Shown: positions 37,214-50,740 of the stretch, piece by piece
How the letters are laid out: each line of letters opens with the position of its first letter
Position numbering within the stretch: the first letter of the stretch is position 1
Made by a program: the position numbers and the translations under genes
Source of the DNA: Marsupella aquatica
Taxonomy: Eukaryota; Plantae; Marchantiophyta
DNA: 64,000 nt
Assembly (NCBI GenBank): GCA_973895155.1
Contig: OZ316891.1
Span: 31,379,112 to 31,443,111 of the forward strand
Direction: 5' to 3'
The notes under the pieces: model-generated
The model's database searches: none
What the model saw: only the letters and a program-made list of their open reading frames with translations
Told to the model about the DNA's origin: nothing

Positions 37214-40200
37214 CCCCAGTGATTCTCTGTCCCACGAACTTCAAGGTACCCACTCACATCAAGTTTTTAGGCCAATTTTTTTTCAGAAATGTAGTTGTCA
37301 AGAAAGTGTAGCATCGAATAAAGCTGTGATTTTGCGTGTAATTTAGGTGAATTTTCGATCATGATAGTGAGTGAGAGAGCGCAATTTTGCAGCATGGCAG
37401 GCAACTGAGGACAACGTGGAGGCTGCATGGAGTCTTGTATGGCAGACTAAAGCTGGAATACTCTGGTCTACAATGACAGTCTATTTTGAAAGTGTAACCT
37501 GACGTTTGGATTCGAGTAAACTAACTTGCCAAAGTTTCACAGGCCTGCCAGCAACTCAGTTGGGGTCATACAAAATATTGGATTTTTTAATCATTTTCAG
37601 AAATACTTTTAGAGATATTACAGGAAACAGATGATTGTTTAATTAAAAATTATCATGTGTGATTGTATGATTAGTGTGGTACAATTTCATTTAAAGTGAT
37701 CAAAGGGGGTCCTAAATAACTCAAACATACTGTTGCATATGATATATGGCCCTCCATTTACTGATCCATTTACTGATCCCCCCAAGACCAGTGAAGAGAG
37801 TCATCATTGCAAGGAAAATCAGCTGTAGAGCAAACCCTGAACTGGTGAAGAAAAAAATTGTTGAAGTCAATCTCAGATCAGTTCTGTATGTTGCACCATT
37901 CAAACTCGGCCTTTGCATTGTCACAGGTTAAAGATCCATGGTTTAACCTGTGACAAAGATTGAGTGCAATCTATGAATTAAGTAAAGAAGGTGACAGTGT
38001 AAAAATATAAATATTGACAAAATAGCAGTCTGTGTTACAATTAGCTGTCAACTTCCTCTGTTCTGACCTACTTCACGCAGTGAAGCCAGAGGTCCTATTG
38101 GTAAACAAAAAACTTTGATATGCTTGTGAGTAGGGACTGCCTAAATGCACATTCTTTGAATATTAATAACAAAGGATGACAAAAATCATCATATATGAGC
38201 ATCACTTTGACATACATTATATATCATCAAAATAAAATTTGGTGGAACTAGAGTCAGTCTAGAGGCTTCACCTTAGAAACCTAGACCCAACTCCAGCTCG
38301 TGAGCAATGAAATGTAAAGATGGGAAAATGAAACTTGGGCAGGAGGGGCCTTTACTCACGGTACTTGGGGCTAGTTTCCCTAGAAGGCCATGACAAAATA
38401 AGCGATCTCACTCAATTCCCTACGTGATCCGCACTTGTGTACCTGTTGCCTAGGTGGCATGGTTTTGATGGGGGCCTGTGTCTTCCGTCGTTGTAAAAAT
38501 GAAGAAGATGCAATCTCACTCTGAAGTAGACGAGGTTTCTAAAACCAGATTTCGTATGAAGTAAAGGAGGTGTCGCGGGGACCCTCTTAAATCATTGTGG
38601 ATGGCTGAAACACGGTGAGACCAACTTTAATTAATATTGTACCGCCGAGGGTGTCAGGTACACTAGTAGTAGTTGAACATCCCAAAATGGATGACAACGA
38701 CAAACAACTTACAAACTCCGATGAACAACCCCCAATGGAGCAGAGGTTGTTTTTCAGCCATTTCTTTGAATTCAAATAATAAAATGTTCTTTATATAAAT
38801 GGTCACACACACTGTCGAGTCTCAAAAGTGGGTAGGCCCATCCGAGTTACATGGCTGTACGATTGTGATCCATCGGAGCTACATGGTTGTGCATTGTGGT
38901 CCATCCGAGCATCGATTTCCCAGGTGAGCACTGTACTAATAAGCGGAACACCCAGAGAATGCTTTCCGGGAACAGCTATATTGCAAGGAAGGGGATGCGT
39001 CGTGACGTCACGTCGTCGAAGCTCGACAGGAGAAGAGACCGGGATCTGAAATGGTGGAAAGGAAGTTGTTGTCTCGCGTCGACGCATGACCTTAGCACTC
39101 GCGAGCATCATCCCACGCATTCACGAGCGTGCCAGGCTTCGCTGCAAGCTTAGCTCCGCAGCTCCCTCGCATTATTGATGCAGCCACGCTCCAGAGCAGT
39201 GCCGCATGAAGATCGCAGAGTTAGGAAAGTTGTTTTCAGCTCTATGGCGATGGCGTGATGACTACTATTACTGTATCAAGAGGCCTGAATAATAGGTACG
39301 TACCACTACGACAGTAATGCTGTACAGGGCGGCGTACCGAAACCGTGGGACCGACTGTAGCTCGATTTCATCTCGAGCGTGGAGCTAGAAAACTGTGGGG
39401 ATGAGCGACGTCTCAAGAGAGTAGTTTAGTATGTGGGACCGAGCGGGAAACCTGAAGAATGGCGGTTGTGTTGTTGCTGTCATGCCCATACAGGGAAATG
39501 GCGGCTCGATATCGAAGGCGGAGACTGTGCGATGATGAGTGTCGGCCTGGGATTTTGAGTACTGGGTTGACAGATATGTGCAGCGAAAAGGAGTTTCTCA
39601 GGCCCACTGTCTCTCCAGAAGAGCGGGCTCCTGGCCAGAGCAGAGAAAGTGTTGCATCCTGGCGTTGACTGTTGCGAGAATAGGCCTCGGCCTTGCTCTC
39701 AGGTGGAACCTCGCAATATTATTTTCCAGCTTCGTTCGGCTTTCAACGACTGTATGCCGGCAGGCGTATGAAAGTGCACACAGATGAACTGGCACCTACA
39801 TCATGTGGCTCCAGCTATCAATCTGAGTGAAAGCGAGCATCCGCCCAGGAGCTGACACTGTCCCGGAGCTCGGAATTAGAGGCAGACCACCACATGGAGC
39901 TCACAGTTCGAGCCAGGCAGCTGGGAGGTTGCAATGGAATCCAAGCACCAACTACCACGGAATACGTGAAGGTTACATTCTGATTGCACGGAAGCATGTT
40001 GCAGATCTAGAATGTGATTGCCTTGGTAGTTTAGTGGGATCTCTCGTAGGAAGAGGCCGCATAACTCTATACGACGCGAACATCTCTCAGGTGAGCTGTA
40101 CCTCCAAGGTCCTCGTCCTTGTATCAAAGGCACATTTTTCCATTCATGCTGCATCCTCGCTTGCGGCTCCGGAGTCCCTTCTAGCTATGAACTGCAAGTC

Positions 40201-41010
40201 ATTTTGCCATGTTCAACGGTGTCGCAGATTGGTGTTCGAGTTAGGGTCAGATCGGCGTTGAGTCGATCTCTAGTTCGTGGATGATTGGTGGGTGTGGACT
40301 GTTTATCTTCTAAGACGACATTGAGGTGGAAAATGTAGCTCAAGAGCTCGTGAGTGATCTCGGAATGATACTCCACTCCTCACTCTTTTTGTTGGACAGA
40401 CTTGACAAGGATCCTGGTCCGACAACAGTGGCCGTTCAACCTGGACCAGGTACCCTCTGCGATCCATCGTATTACTGTTGTTTGTCTTGTTTGGAGTTCC
40501 ATCGCTTTGTCGAGAATTCAAAGGAACTCCCATAATTTCAAATACTTGACTTTCTTTCTGGAACCAAGAGCCGTGTGTGTCCTTGCAAGCCTTAAAATGT
40601 CGTATCTTTTGGACTTGCAGCCACTCAGAAGAATCTCATGCAGTGCAGTAAAGATCAATGCAGAGCTGGGGCTGGCGTACTGTGCCGCCTGTGGCCACTG
40701 GCAAATTCGTCGAAGACACGAAGGTATTACCTCAATGAAAGTGTTGCGATCTCGTTTGTCCTATAAATCCTTTTAGGAAACGAACTGGCATACTTACCAC
40801 TACCTTGCCTACAGAAATCGATACTTCCTTGTAGCATTGAGAATTCCATACGAAGTTGGCCTTCTGGAGTAGTTTGAGAGGCCTTGATTGAACTCCATGT
40901 ACCTTCACTGTGATGGAAACGTTCTCAGCGCTGAAGAAATCGTAATCTCTCATTGTCATCACAATGTACGTCACCGACGGCTGACATGTCCTGGCTCCCT
41001 GGCATTCTAG

Positions 41011-44000
41011 GTGCACCAAGTATCTCCAGTTTCCACAGCAGTATCCACAGAAGGTTCAGACGACGGCAAATTGACTCTTAAAGATCGGCGGATTGCACTC
41101 GAGCTGGAGGTGAACACCTGTCGTGATAGACCAAATTGCAATCGATGCCTCGTAAATGAAAATTATGTGTCCAGTACTCCCTGTCATGGATTATAGTCCG
41201 TAACAATATCTTGCCTTCGTCTACAGGTGGCCAAACTACGAAAGAAGCACACCCAAGAAGTTAATCTCCACAGAGCTTTGGAGCGGGCATTGCAGCGGCC
41301 TCAGGGTATTCTTCCCCGTATTCCATCATATCTACCTTCGAAGGTCGGTGTCCATTCCCTCTCGAACGTGTTGTCGAGCTGCTCTCGCTCATTGCATTCT
41401 TGTTTCGGTGTCGCCTTGAGAAATACTGGGAGTGATTGAGATCCTGAGTATTAGAAGGTGTACTTGAATGTTTCTACACAGATTCAAAAGCTGCTTGCCG
41501 AAGTGGCAGTTCTAGAGGAGGAAGTCGATCGCTTGGAGGATCATGTGGTTATATTGCGTCAAGAAATCTCTGACGAGACAGCGCAAGTGTCATCTCAGGG
41601 AACACAAAAGCAAAAGTCCATCAGTGATATCAATCTAAGTAAACCCGGCAATTTAAGCAAGATCCGGGTTACTAAGGATCCCGCTAAAGAAGTCACCAAA
41701 GAACTAGCTAAGGAAACAACAACATCCAGTAAGTTCTCAGCCGGGTTTCGTAAAGCAACTAAGGGGAGCAGCGAGTCTTCCCAGCCAAAACCAAAGGACC
41801 TCGTAAGGGAGCTGCAACTGGCAAAGGCCTCGAAATCCTCCCTCGCCACTTCGGTATTGGCCCCCGATGCTTCTCGTCGATCAGGGGGGAAAGCTGCTCC
41901 CACGTCAGGTCCACCCCCGTCTCGGAAACCGCCAGCCGCAAGCGAGGCGCTTTCCAGGTTTCAAGGGTTGCAGCCTTCATGGAAACCAACAGGGGGAACG
42001 AATGCAAAGAGCACTCTGTTTCGGCAGTTCAATTCGCTGAACTGGGGCGACTCCAAGCCTACGTCTGTAGCGGCCAAACAAGCAGCCGGAGTGTCCAGTC
42101 CTCGCAACAGTCCTCGCGCGGGGTTTAATTCAACTTCGACTCTTGCCCCAAACTATTTATCGTCCTCTTCGAAAACATCATCAGTGTCCAGTCCCCGAGC
42201 CAGCCCACGGACTGGGCAGGCTTTCAGTGGAACCACAAGCGTGCGGCTGTGGGAGAAGGAGAATCTGCAGAGTGTCGCAGCAAGGTTAATTTCCAGGAGT
42301 CCGCGAGCATCAAAGTTTGGTCTCAGCGTAGATCTGTCTTCATCCAATGTGGATCGGAAGTCTATGCTTGGAAGTAAGGTATGCTTACCAGCCCGAACAG
42401 AGATATTTGATATTGGATTCCCTGATCTCCACAAGAATCCCAGCTAAATAAGATAATTAGTTGCATCACCCCTCATCCATTGGTAAATTGTGAGCGGAGA
42501 GGACGCTGTGAATGGAACCTGGCCTCTCTGTTTACAACTGTGGCTCTGCAGCCATTGCTGGAAGTAGGGCCACATTTTCCTCATGCTGCTCTCTGGATGC
42601 TACAGGGTAGTTTTGTCCAACCCTCGTCAGCAGGCAAGTTGTCCAACTTGAGCATTATCAGGGAAGGTGCTGGGCAGAGTACTGAACCCAATCGCCTATC
42701 TGAGGAACTAGTAAAGTGTTTGGTAGCCATCTACTGCAAACTTACTAAGGCATCCTCATCCCCGACAGCGAGGGTGTCTCAAGGGTCACGCGGTACAGCA
42801 CAAACCTCCAGAGGGAAGGCCTCTCATGCACCTTTGACTGAAATATATGGGATTTACAAGGACAACCAGCCGCAGGAGATTGGGTCCTACAGAAATGCTC
42901 TGGAGATAACGGCTGACACCATTGAGAGCAATGGCCCTGGCAGTTCCACAGCTCTCTGCAAAAAAATGGGGTAGGAGTCTTCTGCTATCCTTGCAACGTT
43001 GTTAGGACTATAAGATTCATCGCTTTTGGACAGCCATCAAAGTATGTTACAAGTTTGGTATTATGATCAAGAGATGGGAAAACAGATGTTCGTGGTGACA
43101 GGGTACAAAAAATGTCATTACTTAACGTCAAAGTTTAGACCTGTAACAGACACCACATCTGAATCTTGTCCGCTTTGTGACACATCCGAATAACTCTATC
43201 AATAACTTTGACATTGTTTTGGTTTGCAGCACACTGATTGAGCAGTTGGAGAAGGTTGCGTTAGATGCCTTATCTCACCATGAGAAGCTGGCATTCTGGA
43301 TCAACATCTACAATGTCTGCATGATGCATGTAGGTTTTGTTGTTGGGCATTGTAAAGACAGAGTCTGAAGTTATTGGAAGTTGCGGGTAGTTGCGTGGGT
43401 ACACAAATACATCATCGTTGATAATTTGTAACATTTTGTGTGTTTAGGCGTTTTTGGAGCATGGGATACCCAGCACCCCCTCCAAGGTTGTAGCCCTCAT
43501 GCGCAAGGTACAGACTGTCAAACCTGATACTCCAGTTTGTTCAGCTTTTCTTGAAGTCCGTCATTTGTGGATCAATATCCCTATTCTGCGATGGGTTTGA
43601 TAACTAGGAAGACCCCAGATCTTTGTGCAGATAGTTGGCGGGATGTTATGGCTCCTGTTTCTCAAAGAATCTTATGTGGCTAGAAGTCTGTGTGATCTCC
43701 TGCAGGCAGTTGTGAACGTTGGTGGTTATGTGCTCAATGCCTTGACAATCGAGCATTTCATTCTTCGTCTCCCTTGTCGACCAAAGAATGTTCGAACATC
43801 TCCATGGAAGCATTTTCAGCGTGCTGAGGCCAATCCAGCGATGGTGTGTATAGAACTTCTCAAGCTACTTTCCATGTATGGCTTGTAAGAATCAAACGCG
43901 TCGGCTACCGGATTGACCACCTCTACTCACCAACTGATAGATTTGAGTAATCTTGTCCAGGCATTCTTGAAGAACGTTGGCATGGAGGAGATCAAAGAGC

Positions 44001-44502
44001 ACAGTACATATGGGCTTGACTGGAATGAGCCACTGGTGACGTTTGCTTTGTGCTGTGGGAGCCGATCTTCACCTGCTGTAAGAAATGCTTTGAGCCAGTC
44101 AAAGTGGGTGCTAGCAATTGAATTTTCCTACTTTTCAAGCTAGTACTGAAAGGACTTAGATTGGAGCTGATTCTTGACTTCCTGTGTTACTGTGAACAGC
44201 TGCGGATTTACACGTCCTCTGCGATTGAGTCAGAACTGCAGATAGCCAAGCAAGAATACCTTCAAGCTGCAGTCGGAGTGAGCAACCAGAGAAAGATACA
44301 TCTGCCTAAGCTTCTAGAGTGGTACATGCGAGATTTTGCCAAAGATGTGGAGGGTTTGTTGGATTGGCTTTCTCAGCAACTGTCCGGCCCCCTTCATGCT
44401 GATGTTCAAGATTGTCTCAACCACCCAAGAGATGGCGTTTTGTCAAATTCTATAGTAGTGATGCCTTATGATTTTAACTTTCGATATCTTTTCCTCATTT
44501 GA
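41011..44502 (+). CDS. MIP1-type leucine zipper plus DUF547 domain protein (5' end uncertain; further exons likely at 39.8-40.7 kb)
   Basis: Exons about 41011-41109, 41227-41343, 41482-42378, 42606-42970, 43230-43329, 43448-43507, 43706-43789, 43961-44077 and 44200-44502. Motifs [60 protein letters not shown] and PYDFNFRYL. Confidence 0.93.
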
Positions 44503-45272
44503 TGAAACACTCAAGTGGCCATCACCATGGCCGCCAGCATTCGTCGCAAAGTGTATTATGATAAGAATATAAAAATGATCAAATCCTTGATCTAAGCAAT
44601 CCTTCTTGAAAATACTGAAAGTCTGTCCGGGAAGTGAGTAGCATGGGCTTTGACTGATATTGCTCTCATACTGGTCAGATATATCTGGAGACTTACTCTG
44701 TCCCCCTATAATTTTTCAGTATATGTTCGCTTGTCTGGCTGGGATACTGTAAATTAATAAAGGGACAGTATCTGATCACTAACAGATTCTCCTCGACGGT
44801 TGGACTCTTCAGCCGAAAGACCACGTCTGCTGGCAGCAGAACATACAGAAGCAAAAGGCAGCAGTGAAGTACTTCACTACAACCCAAGTTTCAGACATCC
44901 ACATCTATACAACCTGTGCGACACTAAACTTGTAGTAACTGGTATCATTTGGTTGTTTGCCTTAATCCAATTCCAGGTGCGCAGCTGTCTCACATAAAAC
45001 ATATTTCTGGATTTATTGGAACCTCGATGTGATTGCAATATTAGATTGATGGAGTTCAGGGACTCTAGTGAAGTTGGAGACAAGACGTTGAATCGCCGCG
45101 AAGGTACACAAAACACACTGAGGGTACAGAAAGAGTCCTAGGAAAAAACACCCAACCAACCAAAGAGAACCCTAAATCCAACACTACACCAGAATGTACC
45201 CACACTCGACTAGAACCCACAAACCACCTGAGAATATAATATTTCATCATCCTTATCCAGTCCGAACGTGTC

Positions 45273-45349
45273 CAACTGATTGAACTCCACCTGATTGAAC
45301 TCCACCTGATTAAATCACCAAGTTCAGTCAGGTGGAGTTCAATCAGTTG
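45273..45349. repeat. 77-bp near-perfect hairpin built from a 16-bp subrepeat
   Basis: CAACTGATTGAACTCCACCTGATTGAACT pairs with AGTTCAGTCAGGTGGAGTTCAATCAGTTG (29 bp, one G-T). Confidence 0.9.
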
Positions 45350-45862
45350 ATTTCTTTTCTTCTACGCTGAGTCCTCATAACTTATTGGCTAGTCTGGCCT
45401 GGGTTATATGCCTTTTAGGATTTTGTGATATAAAGTACTATATACAGCAATATAAACGGAAAATCTCTGAAGTGGTTTAAGATGGAATACCAATTTCACA
45501 AAGTCCTTCTAGAGTATTTTAGATGCCATTTCCGTGACGTAATGCCCCCTTCCCTCAGAAACCATGTCATGTTTGTTGGGACAACGGACGAATTCGCCAG
45601 CCGTATCTTAGTTCCTCAATTTGAGTGCAATGCATTGTCATCGGTTCGGGACGGAAGCATTATTTCCTACTTTCGGTTCTGCTGAAGACGTTATTTGGTC
45701 GGATTCCTGTTCTGGACCGATGTACACTTCGAAGTTAAGGAGTTGATTTCCTTTGCTTTTGGGAATGTGGCGGAAGGGGGGATGAAAGCAGTGACGGAAA
45801 TGAAACATTTTGACGGTCCATGGTAGGGCTGGTGAACACCGCTCGGGTACGAAAGCCGAGAG

Positions 45863-46956
45863 ATGACGCTGATGATGAAGTATGTGATGCTTTTGAACAA
45901 GGGCGCGCCAAAAGCAGCAAGACGGATTAGGCCTTGCGGTCACCGTATGCTCTGAGCGATGGACTAAGCTTCGTTCTGGTCCTTTCAAGATCGCTCTTAT
46001 GCAGGCTCCCAGATTTTCATCTCTTCCTTCATTTTCTTCATGTTGGGGATGACATTCTGCTGGAAGCCGCTGCTAATGATATTGCAAAAAGAGCAGTCTG
46101 TCTATATACTTTATCACACAGGCAGAATAGTGATTAATTTCCTTGTCATAAAATAGCTACGCAATTACTGACACTGGTTCCAATATCCCAGCCATTTTTC
46201 TGGAGCTTTTGCCTCACATTTTAATATCTAAGTTTGGTCTTTTCCCTCACATTTTTAAATGCAGTGGGACGCCATCTGCAATGAGCAACTTACACTTCCT
46301 TTCGTTTAACGTGACAAACATGGAGAGTACTGTGACTAGACTGCTTTCCATGGGAGCAGAACTGGGTGGCCCAATCAAGTATCCGCCTTATGGAAAGGTT
46401 TGTGTCGGTCAATCTTCCCAAGTTCTTGGCTTTTCATGAAATTTACGAGAGCCCTCTGCATTGCCGTGAGATAAATCTGCAATCTCGACGGCAATTTACT
46501 TTTCTCCCCCCATTCACTCAATAGTATCTATAATATTGGTAAAATAGTCGAATCGACAGAGTTGCCCGCTTCGTACCACAGCGTGTAATTTCTAGTTTGT
46601 CTGAGACAGACGCTCCTGAAACATCTATGTAGCTCCTGCAAAGTACACCAACAAACGCTTTGTCTCCACAGAGCTCCACAGAACATTTCCTACCAATATC
46701 TTCACAGAGGCAGACGACACAATTCGAAATTTGGTGAGCGTCATCTCTCGGAGCAAAAACTAGAATTGCTAGCTGAACTTGAGTAAGTTTAGGTGAACTT
46801 GAGTAAGTTTAGGTGAGATGTGCACAGACATCCACTTTCGGAGTTAGTATGTTTTAGTTCCCAATCGATCTGGTCAATGATGGTTGCCCATGTTTTCAGG
46901 TTGCAGCAGTGAGGTTTATAGACGGACACATGATTGGGCTTTTCCCCAAAGATGAG
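45863..46956 (+). pseudogene. VOC/glyoxalase I-like small protein pseudogene
   Basis: MMKYVMLLNKGAPKAAR, frameshift, then DGLGLAVTVCSERWTKLRSGPFKIALMQAP. Exon 2 FLSFNVTNMESTVTRLLSMGAELGGPIKYPPYGK (to 46397); exon 3 VAAVRFIDGHMIGLF (from 46900). The first donor reads AT instead of GT. Confidence 0.8.
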
Positions 46957-47021
46957 CTCATACCGCTTACGTTATTAGTCGGACGCCACTTGGTTGTAAT
47001 TGTAATTCTAGTCAATCGATC

Positions 47022-47287
47022 CTGCATGCACTATCAGAAGTTGTAATTACTATCTCTCTGTCCGCTTTTGCACAATCGCATGGCTTACGACGGACAAGTT
47101 CTTACCTGGTCAGTGGTAGTCCTTATGGGTGTAAGGCTCATGATATCAATTGCTGCATGCTCTATCAGAAGTTGTAATTAGTTCTTTCTGTCCTCTTTGG
47201 CACAATCGCATTGCTTACGCCGGACAAGTTCTTACCTGGTCAGTGGTAGTCCTTATGGGTTATTGTAAGGCTCATGATATCAATTGC
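47022..47287. repeat. Two tandem copies of a ~131-bp unit
   Basis: CTGCATGC.CTATCAGAAGTTGTAATTA...GTAAGGCTCATGATATCAATTGC repeated at 47022 and 47153. Confidence 0.9.
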
Positions 47288-50200
47288 CTTTGTTGTTGGT
47301 AGGAGCTTATGGAGTCATGGCTGGGCTTAGTATTTCCTATTTGGATTTCAATTGTTCCAAATGCATCCATTAGGGGAGTGAATATTTATTCTTTGATCAT
47401 CTGACAAGGTTCCCAGATTCAAAGTTGTCATTAGAGGTAGATTCAACTGTAGTAGACGATGAGCAGCCATGGAGTCTGCCGGACTTATTTGCAAGTACAC
47501 TACGCCTGACCGGGTACTGTACGGTGGTCATGACAATCATCTTTGACCTTGCCCAGTGCCCACTGTCAGATAGAATGATGAAGCCCGATTTGCAGGGATA
47601 TGAGATGATCGTCGCTTTTCCACAAATTTTAGACCTGTTCGATCTAAATGGCAGCTGTGGATTTTGGCTTTTCGAGACTAAATGCCTCGAAATAGATGAT
47701 AGAATCATAGAGCATGACGAAGAGCTAGATAAGCTGTTTTCTTCTAAGAGTAGCGGGTATGGTAGCGGTCCTTAGAGAAACAATATGTGGAGAGTAGGAG
47801 GTTTTTCACTGACGGTGGAGAATTTTGTAATTGATGACGAAATGTTGACGAGGCACTCCACCTCCAGATGATCCTCCATTGTAAGATGCTGCAGAAAAGT
47901 CTGGCCACCAAAATCAGGTATCCCTGCTTGGGGAGTTTAGAGTCCAATTCAAGGCTGTGAAAATTTTGCTTATGCTGACCTCTTGGACTATGATTGGGCG
48001 AAGTAGACTCTTGCTGCCTCTAGACTAGGTTCAGCAGGCAGGCAACTCAGAACGTGGCATTAATTGTGGAATTCTTGCAAAATAAGGGCAGGAAGCTGGA
48101 ATTCTTGCAAGCTGGACTAGCAACAAAAGGTGCATTTTGATGGTTGTCTGAACCCAAGATTGGCTGAGGCCAACACTCTTTATTGTATCTTCAGTCTCGT
48201 AGTACTCCTTCTGATGAATAACGAGAAAGGATGGGGAGCAACGGGCTAGGTTGAAGAGGCAAAATTGTTCAAGTTAAAACAAGGTTGAAGACAAGGGCTT
48301 AAATAAGTATCAGCACTAGAAGCTGAAGCGGATTGGGAGAACCAGGCAGCTAGAGAAGAAGAGAAAAAGAACTCTCCACAACTGAAAACCTAACTGTAGA
48401 CGACCTACTACTAAACATCCAACTGCAGCTTGAATGTCTCTACTAACGTTTTGCAACAATGGAGCTAAGCGAAGATTTTATGCGGATGGATCGAAAGGCA
48501 TAAAATCCATTCCAGACTTGAGCCAAATAAACAACAGGGAACAACTAAAGGTGGCAACAGTCTTTTGCTCGTGGACAAGTTACATACCACGAACAGCAGG
48601 ACACTGAACCAGGCCAAGCTCTTGAAAGGTTATAACAGTTCCTATATGTGCGTCAATGAAGATTGCAGCAGACTTGGGTCAATCTACAAATTCGCTACAT
48701 AGTCACAAAACTGAAAAAAACAACAATTCAAGTTCGGAATCTATAGAGTTTCACTCGTGTAAACTCTGTCAGAAAACTCAACACCGATGAATATTCCAGC
48801 TACATTTCACTACAGTCACGAAACTACTAAAGGAAAAAGATAAATCTACAATTCAAGTTGGGGCGTCAATCCTTGAATCTATAGGACTGCTTTATTGTGA
48901 AAACAATCAATTGTGTTTTATTTGGACAATGAAAACACTCAAGAATTTTCCAGCTAGCTTCGTAAGTAGGGGAATTAAGATCGTTCTGTATTTCTATCTT
49001 CAAATCGAAATTGATGATGTACCTTGTTTCTGTGGAGAAGCTTTCTAGGAATACATTCTGGGAAGAGTACAGGAAATTCTAGCTGCCGTCACTATTTACG
49101 TCACCTCCCCGTTCACAACAAATTTGCTTCCCTCTCAAACTCTAAACATTTTCTTCACTACTTGAGCATCCCCACGTCCCTTGTTTCATAGTCCTTAGTT
49201 CTCTCTCCCGCCCCACCCTTCGTTTTCTCTAATGCTGTTCTGGGCGGGAAGGTGCAAAGCGTAGGCTTCTTGGTGTGCTCGGATGACCCTCCTATGTTAA
49301 CACAGGATTTTTGTCTATTTCGTTTCAGCCAAGTTAAACTAGCTCAATGGTTAGAGTTAGGGGCTTGTGATATTCTTGGCTGACGTTTGAAGCTTGGAAG
49401 TGAGGCTTTACGCAGCGACTAAGTGTTCTGCCATGGCTTCACCCGGTCCTTTCCCCTAGTTGCCCACCATTTTGTGGAGGGAGGACTGAAATATTTTTGC
49501 ACTAGAGTTCTCACCAGCTCAAGAATTTTAAACAGAAGGAAACAAGAATTTTAAAGAAAGAAGTAGATTTGGAAAAATCTCCAATTTGAAACAACGAAGG
49601 GAGCCTAGAGAAAGCGGCAAAGGGGGGAAGACGGTCGAATCGCAACAAAGCCAACGGAGGGGAAGCGGGCACCAAGGATACTAACTATGTGACGAAGGAA
49701 TCCCCAGGTCTCGTGCAAATCCTCATTCTGGGTTTTAGACAAAAACCTCTTTGCCACGAGTTGCCTAATCCTCGTCCCTTCTGCCCACATCTCCTAGGAT
49801 CTTCAATCTCGATGGTGAGAGACTGTGTCAAAAGTCTCGGTACTCAAATGCTGGTCGACCAATATGAAATTTCTTAAATTCTTGTGTGATGGTCGGATTT
49901 TGAAGTCCGCCCTGAATGAAACCTCATTTTTTTTTACGCTGTCATCTCTAATCCCCACTCGCGAACAATCAATCGCAGTGGCTGACTGGTCTTGGTCTCA
50001 ACTTTCCCGTGCATGTGCCAAACAACCTTGCGTGTCCCCGTCATTTTTGTTTTGTCAAGTTGTGGATGCCATTAAATACACTGTTGAGGAAGACTGAGAT
50101 CTGTCGACCGATGGAATGGTAGGCCCGGGGGCTTGTTAGTATTGTCCTTAGACGTGGGTAGTTCTAATCTGATGAGTCGGCTGGACACCTTCGTATTCTG

Positions 50201-50740
50201 TTTGGACGAGATGTAAGATCTTCGTCAGAGTTAATTCTTAGTGCAACATACTTTAAAAGTAGCTCAAGAAAGGTTTGACGGAAGGCTCGTCTTCAAAATG
50301 GGTTATTGTTTTGTGATGCTGTTTTGAATTGAATGTCGATTTGACCAGATAATCTTGTTGAAGAGGATGTCGAAGGCTCTGATTCTTGGTAACTGGAGTC
50401 GGTTCTGATTGAACCTACATTACACGGTGCATCCGGTGCTATCTTTGATCTCTTTGTGATAATAGTGTTGGTAATATCTGTGATATTCCTGAGCACTACT
50501 ATCCTTCCTCTGTTATGACAATTATATTCTTGGAGGATGAGATGGGAACGCCAGCATTTGCTTTTGAGAGACGTTTATTCTCAGGTCTATCAACTTGGCT
50601 GATTCCTGTTATAATTTTCTTGATTTGTTGACCAGAGCAGAGCTGAAGCAAGTTCTGCCCAAGCATTGTATATGTTTCGAACGAACGAGAGAGCAAGGGT
50701 CAAAAAGGTTAGAAGAAATTATTACACCATAAGCGGGGAG

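Noticed and set aside
47397-47947. Overlapping ~100-aa ORFs on both strands
   Set aside because: No recognisable domain or splice structure.
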